A stretch of DNA of 64,000 nt from Bythopirellula sp. (GCA_965216565.1 OZ244170.1:3136001-3200000); one strand, 5' to 3'; positions 29,967 through 40,824 are shown, counted from the stretch's first letter. Notes: generated by a model from the sequence alone, not told the origin. Program-made: numbers and translations.

Positions 29967-30923
29967 TCATTTTTTGTTGACAGGCTCAAAATCGATGGTG
30001 TCGGCCTGTTTGTCTTTGCTGTCTCGATCGGAAGCAATCATTTCGCCGAGGGGTACCTCCGCTTCGACAAATGCCTCGCGTTCGGCCAACTCTGGAGAAT
30101 CGAACTGGGAAACTATAACCGTGATGTTGTCCTTTCCGCCGTGATCATTAGCCTTTTTGACCAATTCATGGCAAGCATCTTCAGCGGAACAGTCAGAATT
30201 CATCACTTCTGTCATCTCATCGTGCGAGACCATGTCGTACAGCCCATCGGTGCAAAGCAGTAGTCCGTCGCCGCTGGTTAACGAGATGCGATAGCAATCG
30301 ACCAATAACTTTTCTGATTTGCCACCGAGAGCATTCCAGAGCCAGTGACCGCGAGGGGTTTCTCTTGCTTTCTCTTCTGTCATCTGTGCCGACTTGCTAA
30401 GCGCCTGGCCTACCGTGTGATCCTCGGTCACCGCAGTCAATTTCTGGTCTCGCAGCAGATAACATCGGCTGTCTCCCACGTGGACAACGAATGCCCGCGG
30501 CCAAACGATGTAGGCCATCGTAAGAGTGGTGCCCATGTTTTGCCGTGTTGGATCTTGGCCAGCGGCGAGATGGATCTGATCTTGGCAATACTTGAGAGCT
30601 TCTCTGAGCTCGTCTTCGAAGTCTGCTTCTGAACCCTCTTCCAATCGAAAGCACCAGGCTAAGCTGTTCAGCACATAGGTTGTGAGTTTGTCGACCGCTA
30701 CCGTGCTAGCCCTTTCTCCATCTGCCTCGCCACCCATCCCATCGGCGACAAGGAGCAGTTTCCCTTGAGAACCACCATAGATTCTCGTTTGATTATCCAA
30801 CCTGAGGCTTGTTCGGTGGACCTTTAGCGACTTATTCAAGTCAGCTATGAGGTACTGATCTTGATTGGTCGGGCGTTTCAGCCCTTGATCGGTTAGCCCA
30901 AAACAATCCATTCGTGTCAGCAT
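29967..30923 (-). CDS. PP2C/PrpC-type Ser/Thr protein phosphatase
   Basis: 'TDQGLKR..NQD', 'VADGMGG', 'MGTT', 'HVGDSRCY', 'DHT', 'LLCTDGL', 'GGKDNIT'. Confidence 0.92.
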   Translation of the reverse strand: MLTRMDCFGLTDQGLKRPTNQDQYLIADLNKSLKVHRTSLRLDNQTRIYGGSQGKLLLVADGMGGEADGERASTVAVDKLTTYVLNSLAWCFRLEEGSEADFEDELREALKYCQDQIHLAAGQDPTRQNMGTTLTMAYIVWPRAFVVHVGDSRCYLLRDQKLTAVTEDHTVGQALSKSAQMTEEKARETPRGHWLWNALGGKSEKLLVDCYRISLTSGDGLLLCTDGLYDMVSHDEMTEVMNSDCSAEDACHELVKKANDHGGKDNITVIVSQFDSPELAEREAFVEAEVPLGEMIASDRDSKDKQADTIDFEPVNKK

Positions 30924-31223
30924 GTTTCTAAATCCGATATGTCAAGTCGATAGGTTCATCCACGTGAGCGGATCGCTGTGCGTCTTGTTCTGCAGATGTT
31001 GTGCTCAACAAGTCTAATCTATTTCTTGCTCAAACGTACAATTTTGCCTGGGGCGAAAGCGAGATCTTGAAGTCTAGCTATCTAGTACATATTCCATTTT
31101 GTCGATCTAGGAACTTGTCGACCAATCTCGTCTGCCTATAAACCCTAAAACAGAAATCGTCTGTCGTATGGGGATATTCCTGACAGGCGCAGCACGACCA
31201 ACTAACGCGAAATAGGTATAACT

Positions 31224-31694
31224 ATGAAATTCAAGCGTGACATGCTCGACTCGTCCACAACCGAAAAAGTGGGAGGTATTCTCCAGCAACGCCTGGTAGA
31301 TCTGATTGATCTTGCGCTTCAATTGAAGCAGGCTCATTGGTGCGTCGTAGGAAATAACTTTAGGGCTGTGCATCTCCAACTGGACGAAATTATCCTTACC
31401 GTACGAGATGCAAGCGATGAAGTCGCCGAGCGACTTTCCACGTTGGGATTGGCACCAGATGGACGCGCCAAGACAGTTGCCCAAGGCTCTCAATTGGAAG
31501 ATATGTCGGGTGAATTCCAGATTGTGTCTGATTCTGTCACTGCTGTTGCGGATAGAATCAAATCTACGACGCAAGGCTTACGCGACTCGATTGGGGAACT
31601 GGGAGACTTAGACCCTATTAGTGAGGATTTGCTAATTGCCGTCACTAGCGGCTTGGAAAAGCATCTCTGGATGGTACAAGCTCAGGAAGTGTAA
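31224..31694 (+). CDS. dps: DNA starvation/stationary-phase protection protein Dps
   Basis: 'KQAHW.V.G.NF..VH..LDE', 'DEVAER...LG..P', 'LEKHLWM'. Confidence 0.9.
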   Translation: MKFKRDMLDSSTTEKVGGILQQRLVDLIDLALQLKQAHWCVVGNNFRAVHLQLDEIILTVRDASDEVAERLSTLGLAPDGRAKTVAQGSQLEDMSGEFQIVSDSVTAVADRIKSTTQGLRDSIGELGDLDPISEDLLIAVTSGLEKHLWMVQAQEV

Positions 31695-31762
31695 GTGAAT
31701 CGCAGGAAATAGTTGTCATATTTTACAAAACTATAAGAAGCAGATTGCGACGTAAGGTACCC

Positions 31763-32527
31763 ATGAGCGAATCGAAAAAGCCAGTGGCGCTAATTACCGG
31801 CAGCGGTCGCGAGCGCGTGGGCAACGTCATTGCCAATTTCCTAGCGGAACGCGGCTATAGCATCGCACTTCACTACCACTCTTCTGAGGAAGAGGCTATC
31901 CAATCTCGCGATGAGCTCCGAGAGGCGGGACACAAATGCGAAGCTTACCAAGCCGATGTGGCTTCGCAATCAGCCGTTGAGAAGATGGTCGACAAGGTGA
32001 CAAACGATTTTGATAGTATCGATGTCCTGGTCACAACAGCATCGATTTGGGATGAAATACCTTTCGAAAAAGTAACAAGTGATGACCTAGAGAATAATTT
32101 TAGAATCAATACGCTCGGCACTTTTTACGCGGCGCGTGCAGCCGGATTGGTAATGGCTGAACAATCCGAGGGAGGTTCGATCGTGACGATTGGCGATTGG
32201 TCCATCGACCGGCCCTATCCCGATCACGCTGCCTACTTTATTTCCAAGGGTGCCTTGCCGACTCTGACACGTGTATTGGCAAGAGAATTGGGCGATCGCA
32301 ATCCCAAGGTACGAGTCAACTGCATCCACCCTGGGCCCGTGATGTTTCCACCCGATGCTTCGGAAGAGAGAAAGTCGCGACTCATTGAGGCAACAGTCGT
32401 GAAGGATGCCGACTGCCCCGAAATGGTTGCCAAGGCAGTGGAAGCATTCATCACCAACCACTTTGTCACTGGCACCTGCCTGCCAGTCGATGGTGGGCGT
32501 CACATGTACAGCCCGAACGAACCTTAG
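31763..32527 (+). CDS. Short-chain dehydrogenase, pteridine reductase-like
   Basis: 'ALITGSGRERVG', 'ALHYHSS', 'YFISK' (YxxxK), 'VRVNCIHPGPV', 'VTGTCLPVDGG'. Confidence 0.8.
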   Translation: MSESKKPVALITGSGRERVGNVIANFLAERGYSIALHYHSSEEEAIQSRDELREAGHKCEAYQADVASQSAVEKMVDKVTNDFDSIDVLVTTASIWDEIPFEKVTSDDLENNFRINTLGTFYAARAAGLVMAEQSEGGSIVTIGDWSIDRPYPDHAAYFISKGALPTLTRVLARELGDRNPKVRVNCIHPGPVMFPPDASEERKSRLIEATVVKDADCPEMVAKAVEAFITNHFVTGTCLPVDGGRHMYSPNEP

Positions 32528-32614
32528 TCCCGAGATTTTTATCTCAGGGACTCACCCACTGAAACTCGCACTCGCAATTCATTAACCACCAGTATTTAGT
32601 ATACGGAGTAAATT

Positions 32615-32836
32615 ATGGCATCTGGATACAACGTCGGTACCAAAGTGAAATGGAAGTGGGGCCAAGGTTGGGGGAAGGGCAAAGTTGAAGAACGATTTAC
32701 AGAGATAGTCACCCGCACTATCGAGGGAAACGAAGTAACCCGCGAAGCCTCAGACGAAGAGCCCGCTTATCTCATAGAACAAGAGGACGAGGCTCAGGTG
32801 CTGAAGTCTCATTCCGAGGTGGAAAAGGACGATTGA
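32615..32836 (+). CDS. DUF2945 / HVA1 Tudor-like small protein
   Basis: 'VGTKVKWKWGQG..GKV.E.FT..VTRTI.G.EVTR.AS.EEPAYLIEQED..VLKSHSE'; GGAG SD. Confidence 0.8.
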   Translation: MASGYNVGTKVKWKWGQGWGKGKVEERFTEIVTRTIEGNEVTREASDEEPAYLIEQEDEAQVLKSHSEVEKDD

Positions 32837-33087
32837 GTAGGGCCGGCCGAGTGCAATCCTAGCTTGCAAATCGGCATGCATTCCCTTTGCAGGAACTGAA
32901 GTAGAGATAGTCTGCACTCTAACACCACAACATTCTCCTTGAAAATCATTCTCAATGAATCCAAGGAAGTAGCGATGCGGCGTGGAAGCAATGCCTCGCA
33001 ATCTTTCCATGAAATTAGCTAGGGTAATCCCTTTTTGCGACGCGCAGATGCTGCATCTCTCGCAAGACATGCTAAAACTTGTACATC

Positions 33088-33798
33088 ATGGATCATCTTC
33101 CGGCAGGTACTAAATCCCTAGTAGTCTCTTACCAAGCGATTCGGCGAGGAATCGGCGTCATCGGATTACTGCTTCCAATTGTCTTAGGACCTGTCGGCTG
33201 GTTCGCCCTCGGGATCGAGATTCAGGACAACATGAGCAGCTACTACCACACAGAACTGCGCGACCTTTTCGTTGGTGCGTTGTGCTCGATCGGAGTCTTT
33301 CTGTTTTGCTACCAAGGTTATGACTGGATCGAAAACTGGACCGCCAACTTCGGTGGGATTTCCGCACTAGGAATTGCGCTATTTCCACTCGACCCCAATA
33401 CCGACTTACTGCTGCAACGCACCTACAGTGGCTATTTGCACACATTTTGTGGCGGCGTTTTTTTCCTAACTCTGGCCTTTTACTCGCTGTACCATTTCCC
33501 AACCAATCAAGAAAAGAATCACGAGTTGGCACCTCACGAGCAGGAAAGGAACTTTGTCTACGTTACCAGCGGAATAGTTCTCATGATCTCTGTGGCAGCA
33601 ATGGCAGCGTATCTGTTTCTTCTTTCTAGTTCTCTCAGAATGCTTGCCGACGATTACAACCTTATGTTCTGGCTGGAGTGGATTGCAGTCTGGGCTTTTG
33701 CCGCTGCTTGGCTGACGAAAGGTCGAGCGATTCTTGCTGATATCGCAATCGATCTGATGTCCCTACCGGGACAGGTCCTTGGAAAGAAGAACGCTTAA
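33088..33798 (+). CDS. Multi-pass membrane protein (DUF998-like)
   Basis: 'SYQAIRRGIGVIGLLLP', 'SSYYHT..RDLFVG', 'FLFCY.GY', 'ALFP', 'FWLE..A..AF...WL.KG'. Confidence 0.6.
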   Translation: MDHLPAGTKSLVVSYQAIRRGIGVIGLLLPIVLGPVGWFALGIEIQDNMSSYYHTELRDLFVGALCSIGVFLFCYQGYDWIENWTANFGGISALGIALFPLDPNTDLLLQRTYSGYLHTFCGGVFFLTLAFYSLYHFPTNQEKNHELAPHEQERNFVYVTSGIVLMISVAAMAAYLFLLSSSLRMLADDYNLMFWLEWIAVWAFAAAWLTKGRAILADIAIDLMSLPGQVLGKKNA

Positions 33799-33819
33799 GA
33801 ATCCGGACCCGATGCTCAC

Positions 33820-34152
33820 TTAGACGCTACAAGACTTGCCCTCACCCAGATCTTCATCCGAGCCTTCAGCAGAATCGACTTCCACGCCGTTCCAAAAAGC
33901 AACATGGCCGGCGATCTCTGCAGCTTCTGACTTAGGGGTGGGATAGTACCAAGCCGCCTGTTCATTAACTTTACCATCGACTACCACATCGTAATAATGA
34001 GCGGTGCCCTTCCAGCCGCAGATACTCGTCGCGGCGGAACGGGTTAGGTACTCCTGGTTGACACTCTCTGGCGGGAAGTACAGGTTGCCCTCCATCACCT
34101 TGGTTTTTGCGGCTTCCGCTAGAACTACCCCATTCCAGGTTGCCTTGGCCAT
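33820..34152 (-). CDS. DUF427 domain protein
   Basis: 'KATWNGVVLAE', 'EGNLYFPPESV', 'CGWKGTAHYY', 'AAWYYP.PK..A..IAGHVAFW.GV'; start reset to ATG 34152. Confidence 0.88.
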   Translation of the reverse strand: MAKATWNGVVLAEAAKTKVMEGNLYFPPESVNQEYLTRSAATSICGWKGTAHYYDVVVDGKVNEQAAWYYPTPKSEAAEIAGHVAFWNGVEVDSAEGSDEDLGEGKSCSV

Positions 34153-34393
34153 TAAATTCTCTCCAAAAAATTTGCTGCGAGTTTGTGGTGATCCCTGGCA
34201 GTATTGTACCAATCCAGGGCGTGTGACAAGCTGCAAAACAACTCGAACCTAGATAGTGGAGATTGCCAGACTTGTGGTTTGTGTTTTAGGTTTGTGGGTC
34301 GTGTTATAGGTTAAGGACAAGTAAGTAGAGATGCTATCCCCCCTTCGCATGCATCAGTCGCATTGAGTAAAAAGCTGCATTGAGCAAATAGCC

Positions 34394-35560
34394 ATGTCCC
34401 AATCAAAAAGTTCAGTCGCCAGAATCTGCGCCGGAGTGCCAGAGAAGAATAACACACTCTATTGGCGAGTTGGATTTGTTGTGGGCGATCCAGTTGCCTT
34501 GATTGAAATCTCGCAAGCAGATCGCGTCCATACCGAGCTGATTTTACGTGACATCGAAGTCGAGCGAGCACGACAATCGGCGCGAGCCGATAGCGTCTCG
34601 TCCCCCGCTGAGTTCACGCCGTCAGGGGGCTTATCCGGAGATCGCGAAACGGCCACGGCACAGGCTGCTGCCGAGTATCTTCGCCGACAAGACATTTCCG
34701 AGGTGGTGGCAGACAGAACCTTGCCACTGATCTTTGCGGAATACCTGTCCCGTGCCGGTATTGCAGTCGAGTGCGATCCTGAAATGTGGGTGACTGCACG
34801 TCGGCAAAAAACAGAACAAGAGATCGAGCATCTTCGTGCCGCGCAGCACACTACCGAACGCGCCGTACAGTTTGCTTGCGAGATGATCGCTCGTGCCAAT
34901 CCAGATAAAGAAGGCTTGCTCACACTAGACAATCAACCTTTAACCTCCGAGCGCGTGCGGACCGCGGTTGATCATTTCTTGATGGACGAAGGATTCGTAA
35001 ACCCCACGTCCATAGTTGCGGGTGGACCTCAAGGTGCTGATTGCCACAACGTCGGGGCCGGCACTCTCCGCACCGCAGAGCCGGTGATCGTCGACATCTT
35101 TCCTCGTTGTCGGAGTACTCGCTATTGGGGCGACTGCACTCGCACCGTGGTGCATGGTGAAATACCCGATCGAGTTCGCGAAATGCACCAGGCTGTTTGT
35201 CGGGCCAAAGCAATCTCAGAGCAAGCGACGGCCGTCGGCGTCACCGGCGAACAAGTGCACCAAGCTACAATCGATGAAATTCGCAACCAGGGCTTCTCTG
35301 TGGGACTTCCCGACGACGAGTCCCCCAACTCCTATTGTGCCATGACACACGGAACGGGGCACGGCGTGGGCCTGGATATTCACGAGCCGCCGCTACTTGA
35401 TATCAAAGGACCGCCGCTGTTGGCTGGTGAAGCGATGACCATCGAGCCTGGACTCTATTGTCGAGAGATTGGCGGCATCCGAGTGGAGGACATGGTGATC
35501 GTGAGAGACAATGGCTGCGAGAATCTTAATTCCATCCAAGAAGGGCTCACTTGGACTTGA
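34394..35560 (+). CDS. M24 family (Xaa-Pro) aminopeptidase
   Basis: 'VIVDIFP', 'YWGDCTRT', 'HGTGHGVGLDIHE.P', 'TIEPGLY...GGIRVED'. Confidence 0.9.
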   Translation: MSQSKSSVARICAGVPEKNNTLYWRVGFVVGDPVALIEISQADRVHTELILRDIEVERARQSARADSVSSPAEFTPSGGLSGDRETATAQAAAEYLRRQDISEVVADRTLPLIFAEYLSRAGIAVECDPEMWVTARRQKTEQEIEHLRAAQHTTERAVQFACEMIARANPDKEGLLTLDNQPLTSERVRTAVDHFLMDEGFVNPTSIVAGGPQGADCHNVGAGTLRTAEPVIVDIFPRCRSTRYWGDCTRTVVHGEIPDRVREMHQAVCRAKAISEQATAVGVTGEQVHQATIDEIRNQGFSVGLPDDESPNSYCAMTHGTGHGVGLDIHEPPLLDIKGPPLLAGEAMTIEPGLYCREIGGIRVEDMVIVRDNGCENLNSIQEGLTWT

Positions 35561-35706
35561 TCCTTGACCAGCGCTAGAGAACACTGAGATCTAGCAGACC
35601 TCTCTTGTTATCATTGATTCCGACTCAATGGCCAAGCGCGCACAATCAATAGCTCTCAGGATATTTCGATGATGAAGCTTCCGCCGAATCGCAATGCGGG
35701 GTCGTA

Positions 35707-37074
35707 ATGAAGCAGTGGATGCTATTCTTAGGCCCTGTTCTTTCGGTTTGCCTGGGTGTTGGGCTTTTTGTATCTGGCTCTTCGTCAGAAATTGCCTGGA
35801 CGGCGGGGGTGACCGCGCTAACGGCAATGTGGTGGATTTTCGAACCGATTCCCATCCCAGCCACGTCTCTAATTCCGATTAGCATCTTGCCTTTCGTTGG
35901 CGTCTTAGATCATAAGCAAGTCGGCGCTGCCTACGGAAGCCAACTGATTCTGTTACTGCTGGGAGGCTTCATGCTTTCCTCAGCTATGGCCAAAAGCGGG
36001 ACCCATCGTCGTATCGCGCTGACAATGGTTAGCCTCTTCGGTGGATCGAGTGGACGAAGACTCGTGCTGGGATTCATGGCCGCTTCGGCTGTGCTGAGCA
36101 TGTGGATATCGAACATGGCCACAACGCTTATGCTGCTGCCAATCGTATTGGCTGTTTTGGAAGACGTTTCCGATCGGGCATTGCGTAGGGCATTGCTCCT
36201 CGGAGTTGCCTATGCAGCCAGTGTAGGCGGTGTAGGCACACCAGTAGGTACGCCACCCAATTTGATCTTCATGCAAAACTATCTCAAGGTGACCGGTACG
36301 CAGCCAACGTTCTTAGAATGGATGACTTGGGCCCTGCCCGTGGTCGTGGTGATGGTGCCGACCATGGGGTGGTGGCTCACACGCGGACTCAAGAGAGGCG
36401 CGCCGATTAAACTGCCTGAGGTTGGCCGTTGGCGGCCCGAAGAGGTACGAACGCTCGCCGTGTTCTTCGTAACCGCATTGCTTTGGATGACACGCACCGA
36501 ACCCTTCGGCGGATGGAGGGCTTGGGCAGGCTTGCCGACCGCGACCGACGCCAGCGTCGCGTTGCTTGCAGTCGTGACCATGTTTCTAATTCCGAATGGG
36601 AAAGGCCAAAAGCTGCTAGACTGGGAAACCGCCGTCAAAATCCCTTGGGGAATCTTGCTGCTCTTTAGCGCAGGCATGGTCATCGCCGAGGCGTTTAAAC
36701 AATCAGGATTGAGCGAATCGCTCGGCAACATGCTCACGGGGCTCGGGCAATTGCCAACTTTTTTGCTGATCTTATGCATCTGCCTGTCGATCACGTTCCT
36801 TACGGAAGTCACCAGCAACACGGCGACCACCACCTTGCTCATGCCTATTCTCGGCGCGGCCGCCCTGAAATCGGGCATCGATCCAAAAATCATCATGGTC
36901 CCGGCCACGATAAGCGCGAGCTTCGCATTCATGCTACCCGCTGCTACCGGGCCGAATGCCGTTGTGTTTGGTTCCGAGCAGCTCACGGTCAAAGAAATGG
37001 CGCGCGAGGGAGTCGCCTTGAATTTTATAGGAGTGGGGATCGTCTCGGTACTTTCCTATTTCTTGTTTACTTAG
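35707..37074 (+). CDS. DASS/SLC13 sodium:dicarboxylate or sulfate symporter
   Basis: 'WWIFEPIPIPATSL', 'SMWISNMATT', 'GTPVGTPPN', 'TEVTSNTAT', 'AFMLP.ATGPNA'. Confidence 0.9.
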   Translation: MKQWMLFLGPVLSVCLGVGLFVSGSSSEIAWTAGVTALTAMWWIFEPIPIPATSLIPISILPFVGVLDHKQVGAAYGSQLILLLLGGFMLSSAMAKSGTHRRIALTMVSLFGGSSGRRLVLGFMAASAVLSMWISNMATTLMLLPIVLAVLEDVSDRALRRALLLGVAYAASVGGVGTPVGTPPNLIFMQNYLKVTGTQPTFLEWMTWALPVVVVMVPTMGWWLTRGLKRGAPIKLPEVGRWRPEEVRTLAVFFVTALLWMTRTEPFGGWRAWAGLPTATDASVALLAVVTMFLIPNGKGQKLLDWETAVKIPWGILLLFSAGMVIAEAFKQSGLSESLGNMLTGLGQLPTFLLILCICLSITFLTEVTSNTATTTLLMPILGAAALKSGIDPKIIMVPATISASFAFMLPAATGPNAVVFGSEQLTVKEMAREGVALNFIGVGIVSVLSYFLFT

Positions 37075-37276
37075 ACAATGTTCAGGCGCGTGCCACAATC
37101 AGTGCTGCGCAAAAGATGGCTAGACGCATCGGGGACATGACTCCCAACTAAATTTCCGTGTCCAGAGAAACTACAGCTACCGATCACCAGCCAAGATTTT
37201 TTTGCCTGGCTTAAGTTACCAGCGGACCGCAGACACTCAACCAAGTTGAGTATTTGTCTTTGAATTCGGTAGAGAC

Positions 37277-39082
37277 TCACTGCCCGGCGAGCGCCAAGTC
37301 GGTGGACGATTTGGCATCGGCAAGAGGCAACCGAAAACAGGCTGCCTCTTGAGAATTCCGCACATAGAGCCGATCACCCACCACGACGGGATGATTCCAG
37401 GTTTTACCATCCAGAGCAGGAATCTCTGCCAGTTTTTCATGGCCGTCTGGATCCGCTTTTAAGAGTACAACCTCACCCGTTTCGCTGATAATTAACAAAA
37501 CTCCCGCGTCGGCAAGTAGTAACACTTGCCCTTTTCCGTAACGACCCTTTTTCCAACGTCGCTTGCCATCGTCGAGGCCAATACAAGCGAATATAGCACC
37601 ATCGAATCCATAAGCATGATTCTTGTGGACCACAAAATCGTTGAAGTCAGGGTCAAGGTGCAGTGAAGTCCATAGATCTTTGCTCTTCAGCGTATCTCCA
37701 TGACTTGTAATGTGAATACGACGGAGGCCCACGCCGATGCCCGAGGGCACTAGCAGATGATTCTCCCCGATGTCTTGAGGCTGTAGCGCACGGTAACTTT
37801 CAATCTTCCACTCGTAGTTCATTGTCTGCTTACCGTTAGCTGGCTCGAGTACTCTCATCCCGTCGTTGGTAAGCATCAACACAAGTTGCTGCTCGTCGAT
37901 AACGACTGGCTGAGGTGAACTGTAGGAATGGTCGCCCGCCGGAGCACTCCAGCGCAAGTCGCCCGACTCCACGTCGAGGGCCAAAGTACCCATTTGCTCT
38001 TTGCCACCGGCATGAACGATCACGACTCCATCGATTACAAGTGGTGAAGAGGAGAATCCCCAGGTGGGCGGCTGCCGATCGGCGACCTCTCGGAGATCTT
38101 TCTGCCAAATGACCTCCCCACTAGTTGGGTCAAGCCGCGTGAGCAGTCCATTCGCTCCCATCGCAAACAGACTCCCCTCAGCCAGAGTAGGTGTGGCGCG
38201 TGGACCGGGGCCTCCTAATGCTTCGGAAAAACGAGTTTCTTCTTCGTGAACCCACAACTCCTGTCCAGTTGACGCATCGTAGCACACCACCGCTTCGTTA
38301 GGGCCGCGCTGTTCTTGCGTAAAGAGCAGCCCACCGGCAACCGCAAATGAAGACCATCCCGGACCAACCTGCGTTTTCCAAAGCTGCTCTGGTGGATGGG
38401 TACTCCAATCTGTCTCGAGATGCACGCCACGCTGACGACCATCGCGATTCCCGCCGCGAAAAGCGGGCCATTCGGGATCGGCAATCGCGTTGATTGCCTC
38501 GGGCGTTTGTAGTTGCTCAAGGCTCTGTGATTCGGCCCTCTGCTTCCCCGCGATGAATTGTTCTTCGGCAGTCGGAGTGAATCGCCAGTGGAGGCCCAAA
38601 GCAAAGTTCCCCCACATGCCATCGTTGCGGAGCAAAGTCGTCGCTCCAAATCCACAAGCGGCCAGTAAAAGAGCAACGATTGTTCTGCGAAACGACAATC
38701 GCCGGGAAAATAGAATCGCTCCCAGAGTAAAAGCGGCAATCCCAGCGGGAAAGACAATCATCATCAATCCAGCACCTTGCATCGATTCGTGCATCGACAG
38801 GATCGCGGCGGCAGCGAACGCGGCAAACCCAAAGCCACCAACGAGCCGCTCGCGCCAAGTAGCGCGGCTCGCAAACAACCACCATAAGATTAACAGTGCT
38901 TGGGAACCCATTAAACCGAAGAAAGCAGACATGAGAATCTTGTCCGTTAGATCTCCTACCAACGTTGGAATGCTACGGCTCACCGCCAGCACAACCAACA
39001 ACAAGATCGCCGGCCAAATCCTCAACGGACGGTAGCAAGGTTGCGACTCGTCAGCAGCAGTTGAATTCTCCGTACTATCCAT
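37277..39082 (-). CDS. Membrane-anchored PQQ-binding-like beta-propeller protein
   Basis: N-terminal TM segments, 'WPAFRG..RDG', 'GPGWSSF', 'GPRATPT', 'WGFSSSP', 'YSSP', 'KTWNHPV...LYVRN'. Confidence 0.8.
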   Translation of the reverse strand: MDSTENSTAADESQPCYRPLRIWPAILLLVVLAVSRSIPTLVGDLTDKILMSAFFGLMGSQALLILWWLFASRATWRERLVGGFGFAAFAAAAILSMHESMQGAGLMMIVFPAGIAAFTLGAILFSRRLSFRRTIVALLLAACGFGATTLLRNDGMWGNFALGLHWRFTPTAEEQFIAGKQRAESQSLEQLQTPEAINAIADPEWPAFRGGNRDGRQRGVHLETDWSTHPPEQLWKTQVGPGWSSFAVAGGLLFTQEQRGPNEAVVCYDASTGQELWVHEEETRFSEALGGPGPRATPTLAEGSLFAMGANGLLTRLDPTSGEVIWQKDLREVADRQPPTWGFSSSPLVIDGVVIVHAGGKEQMGTLALDVESGDLRWSAPAGDHSYSSPQPVVIDEQQLVLMLTNDGMRVLEPANGKQTMNYEWKIESYRALQPQDIGENHLLVPSGIGVGLRRIHITSHGDTLKSKDLWTSLHLDPDFNDFVVHKNHAYGFDGAIFACIGLDDGKRRWKKGRYGKGQVLLLADAGVLLIISETGEVVLLKADPDGHEKLAEIPALDGKTWNHPVVVGDRLYVRNSQEAACFRLPLADAKSSTDLALAGQ

Positions 39083-39189
39083 GAGTACCTCCTAAACGGT
39101 CTCCTCAGACTATTGCAGTGGGAATATTGAGAGCAAATAGTTCTTCGTTGCGATTGTCGATTTATTGGTCGGGAAACTAAATCGCTAAT

Positions 39190-40311
39190 CTATTTGAGGG
39201 TGATCGTCTTACCTAGGGCGGCCGATTCTTTGGCGGCTGCTAATATTTCCAAGACGATTAAGTTGTTTTCCAGCGCCGACAAGTCCCCAGGTTTCACTGC
39301 CACATCGCCTCGAATTGCAGCGGCGAAGTACTCGAATGGGTTCCTAAAGGGTCGTGCTAGTGCATTGGCCTGAAAGGTCTTCTCCTCGCCATCTTCTTTT
39401 AGTCGTATTCTCATTTTCAGATTGTCCTCGCAAACAATCGAGCCCGTCTCTCCATAAACTTCCATATCTTTCCGACTCCGTGGCCAATTCCAAGAAGCTT
39501 GGATAATTCCCTGACAATTCGGGTAGCTAAGGACGATCGTGGCTTCGTCGTCGACGTCCGGATAGATTTCTGGTTGGAAGTTCTCCAGCACTGCCGTCAC
39601 TGTAGTCGGCTTTTCATTGTCCATAAGCCAAGTCATTAGGTTTGCACCGTAGCAGCCAAAATCGGTGACAGCCCCTCCCCCATTGAGCTTGGGATCGGTT
39701 AGCCAATCGAGAAACTCCCGATTGACACCAATCTTCTCGGGCCCGGCGTGACCGCTATGGACGACTATTTTCCGCAGCGTTCCGAGGGAATTCTCCGCAA
39801 TCAATTCTCGAGCACGATGATTGCTGCCATACCAGGTTGTCTCGTAGTTGATGAGCAGCAAAATGTCGTGCTCGCGAGCGAGGCGGGCCATCTCGCGCCC
39901 ATGTTCTATGCTAACCGCCAAAGGCTTTTCTACCATGACGTGTATTCCTCGCGGCGCGCATTGTTGAACCACTGCGAGATGATCGAAGGTAGTGCCGAAC
40001 GCCATCACTGCCTCGGGACGTGATTCGTTGAGCATTGTTTCTAGGCTAGGAAAGACTAAGTCTGTGCTGAAACTATGCTGCTGAGCGTAGCGGTGCGCCA
40101 GGTCTGCATTCGACTCAGCAATACCAACGATCTCGATGTCGCCTCGCGTTTCGCGTCCCAATAACCAATGCACATGTGTGTGCGTGAGCCCGGCAATGCC
40201 GACTCGCACGGGCTGAACGGGCTGTTGTGCCAACGTGGTAGTAGCGACCGCAAGCAGCATAATCTTTAGGCCAAATTGGAGAAAAAACAGATTGCCGAAT
40301 TTTGCGTCCAT
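39190..40311 (-). CDS. Secreted Gfo/Idh/MocA oxidoreductase
   Basis: 'VGIAGLTHTH', 'GIHVMVEKPLA', 'NYETTW', 'GGGAVTDFGCYG', 'ASWNWP'; start uncertain (40311 or 40260). Confidence 0.85.
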   Translation of the reverse strand: MDAKFGNLFFLQFGLKIMLLAVATTTLAQQPVQPVRVGIAGLTHTHVHWLLGRETRGDIEIVGIAESNADLAHRYAQQHSFSTDLVFPSLETMLNESRPEAVMAFGTTFDHLAVVQQCAPRGIHVMVEKPLAVSIEHGREMARLAREHDILLLINYETTWYGSNHRARELIAENSLGTLRKIVVHSGHAGPEKIGVNREFLDWLTDPKLNGGGAVTDFGCYGANLMTWLMDNEKPTTVTAVLENFQPEIYPDVDDEATIVLSYPNCQGIIQASWNWPRSRKDMEVYGETGSIVCEDNLKMRIRLKEDGEEKTFQANALARPFRNPFEYFAAAIRGDVAVKPGDLSALENNLIVLEILAAAKESAALGKTITLK

Positions 40312-40611
40312 TGCTTCGTGTCCAGAAAGGCCAATCGAATAAATACAAAGACAATGATAGCAATCCGAGTTGTGCCTCGAACAGGTTTTCGCCCCGTACT
40401 GTTCACTCTGCATGGTTCCCGCTTGCAAGGTTCATCCTTGGCAACTGTCTTGCAGGCATCGCCAGACTTGTAACGGTTGCAACACTTCCAAACAGATTTA
40501 CAACGCACGCGGTTAACACCTCTTGGAAATTGTAAGGTCTGGGCAAACCTAGAGGCTAGATTTCTAGCACAGACGGGCAATTCAGTAATAGCAACGATTC
40601 AAGAGAAGAAT

Positions 40612-40627
40612 TGGCATGGAATTCGCT
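40612..40627 (+). promoter_or_regulatory. Candidate sigma54 (-24/-12) promoter
   Basis: TGGCATGGAATTCGCT has the GG-N10-GC spacing. A second match, TGGCAACTGTCTTGCA, lies at 40439-40454 on the same strand. Confidence 0.4.
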
Positions 40628-40824
40628 TGCTTGTAAGAGCAGTGGTATGGAATCTCACAGTCAAGAAGATAGTGAGATTCGAAATGGCCTGGCAACTCGG
40701 GAGAGCTCCTGCCAGGCAAGACTGGGTTCGCGGGAACCGCTGAAACGCTCGGCGGAAATTGAACTCAGCCGAAAGCCACTCGTCTGAACAATATTGCGCG
40801 TCCTATGGAAAGGGAGAGACCAAA

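Noticed and set aside
31110..31140. ECF-like promoter GGAACTT...TCTG upstream of dps
   Set aside because: Spacing does not fit the consensus sequences I know, and no second copy was found.
36279..36992. Long antisense ORFs (237 aa here; also 11471-12100, 43328-43996, 21530-22060)
   Set aside because: Shadow frames opposite well-supported genes; no motifs.
40541..40600. GGGCAAACC resembling the start of a c-di-GMP-I riboswitch
   Set aside because: Lacks the GAAA tetraloop stem and the downstream ACGCAAAG element. The same applies to GGCAAACCC near 53546.
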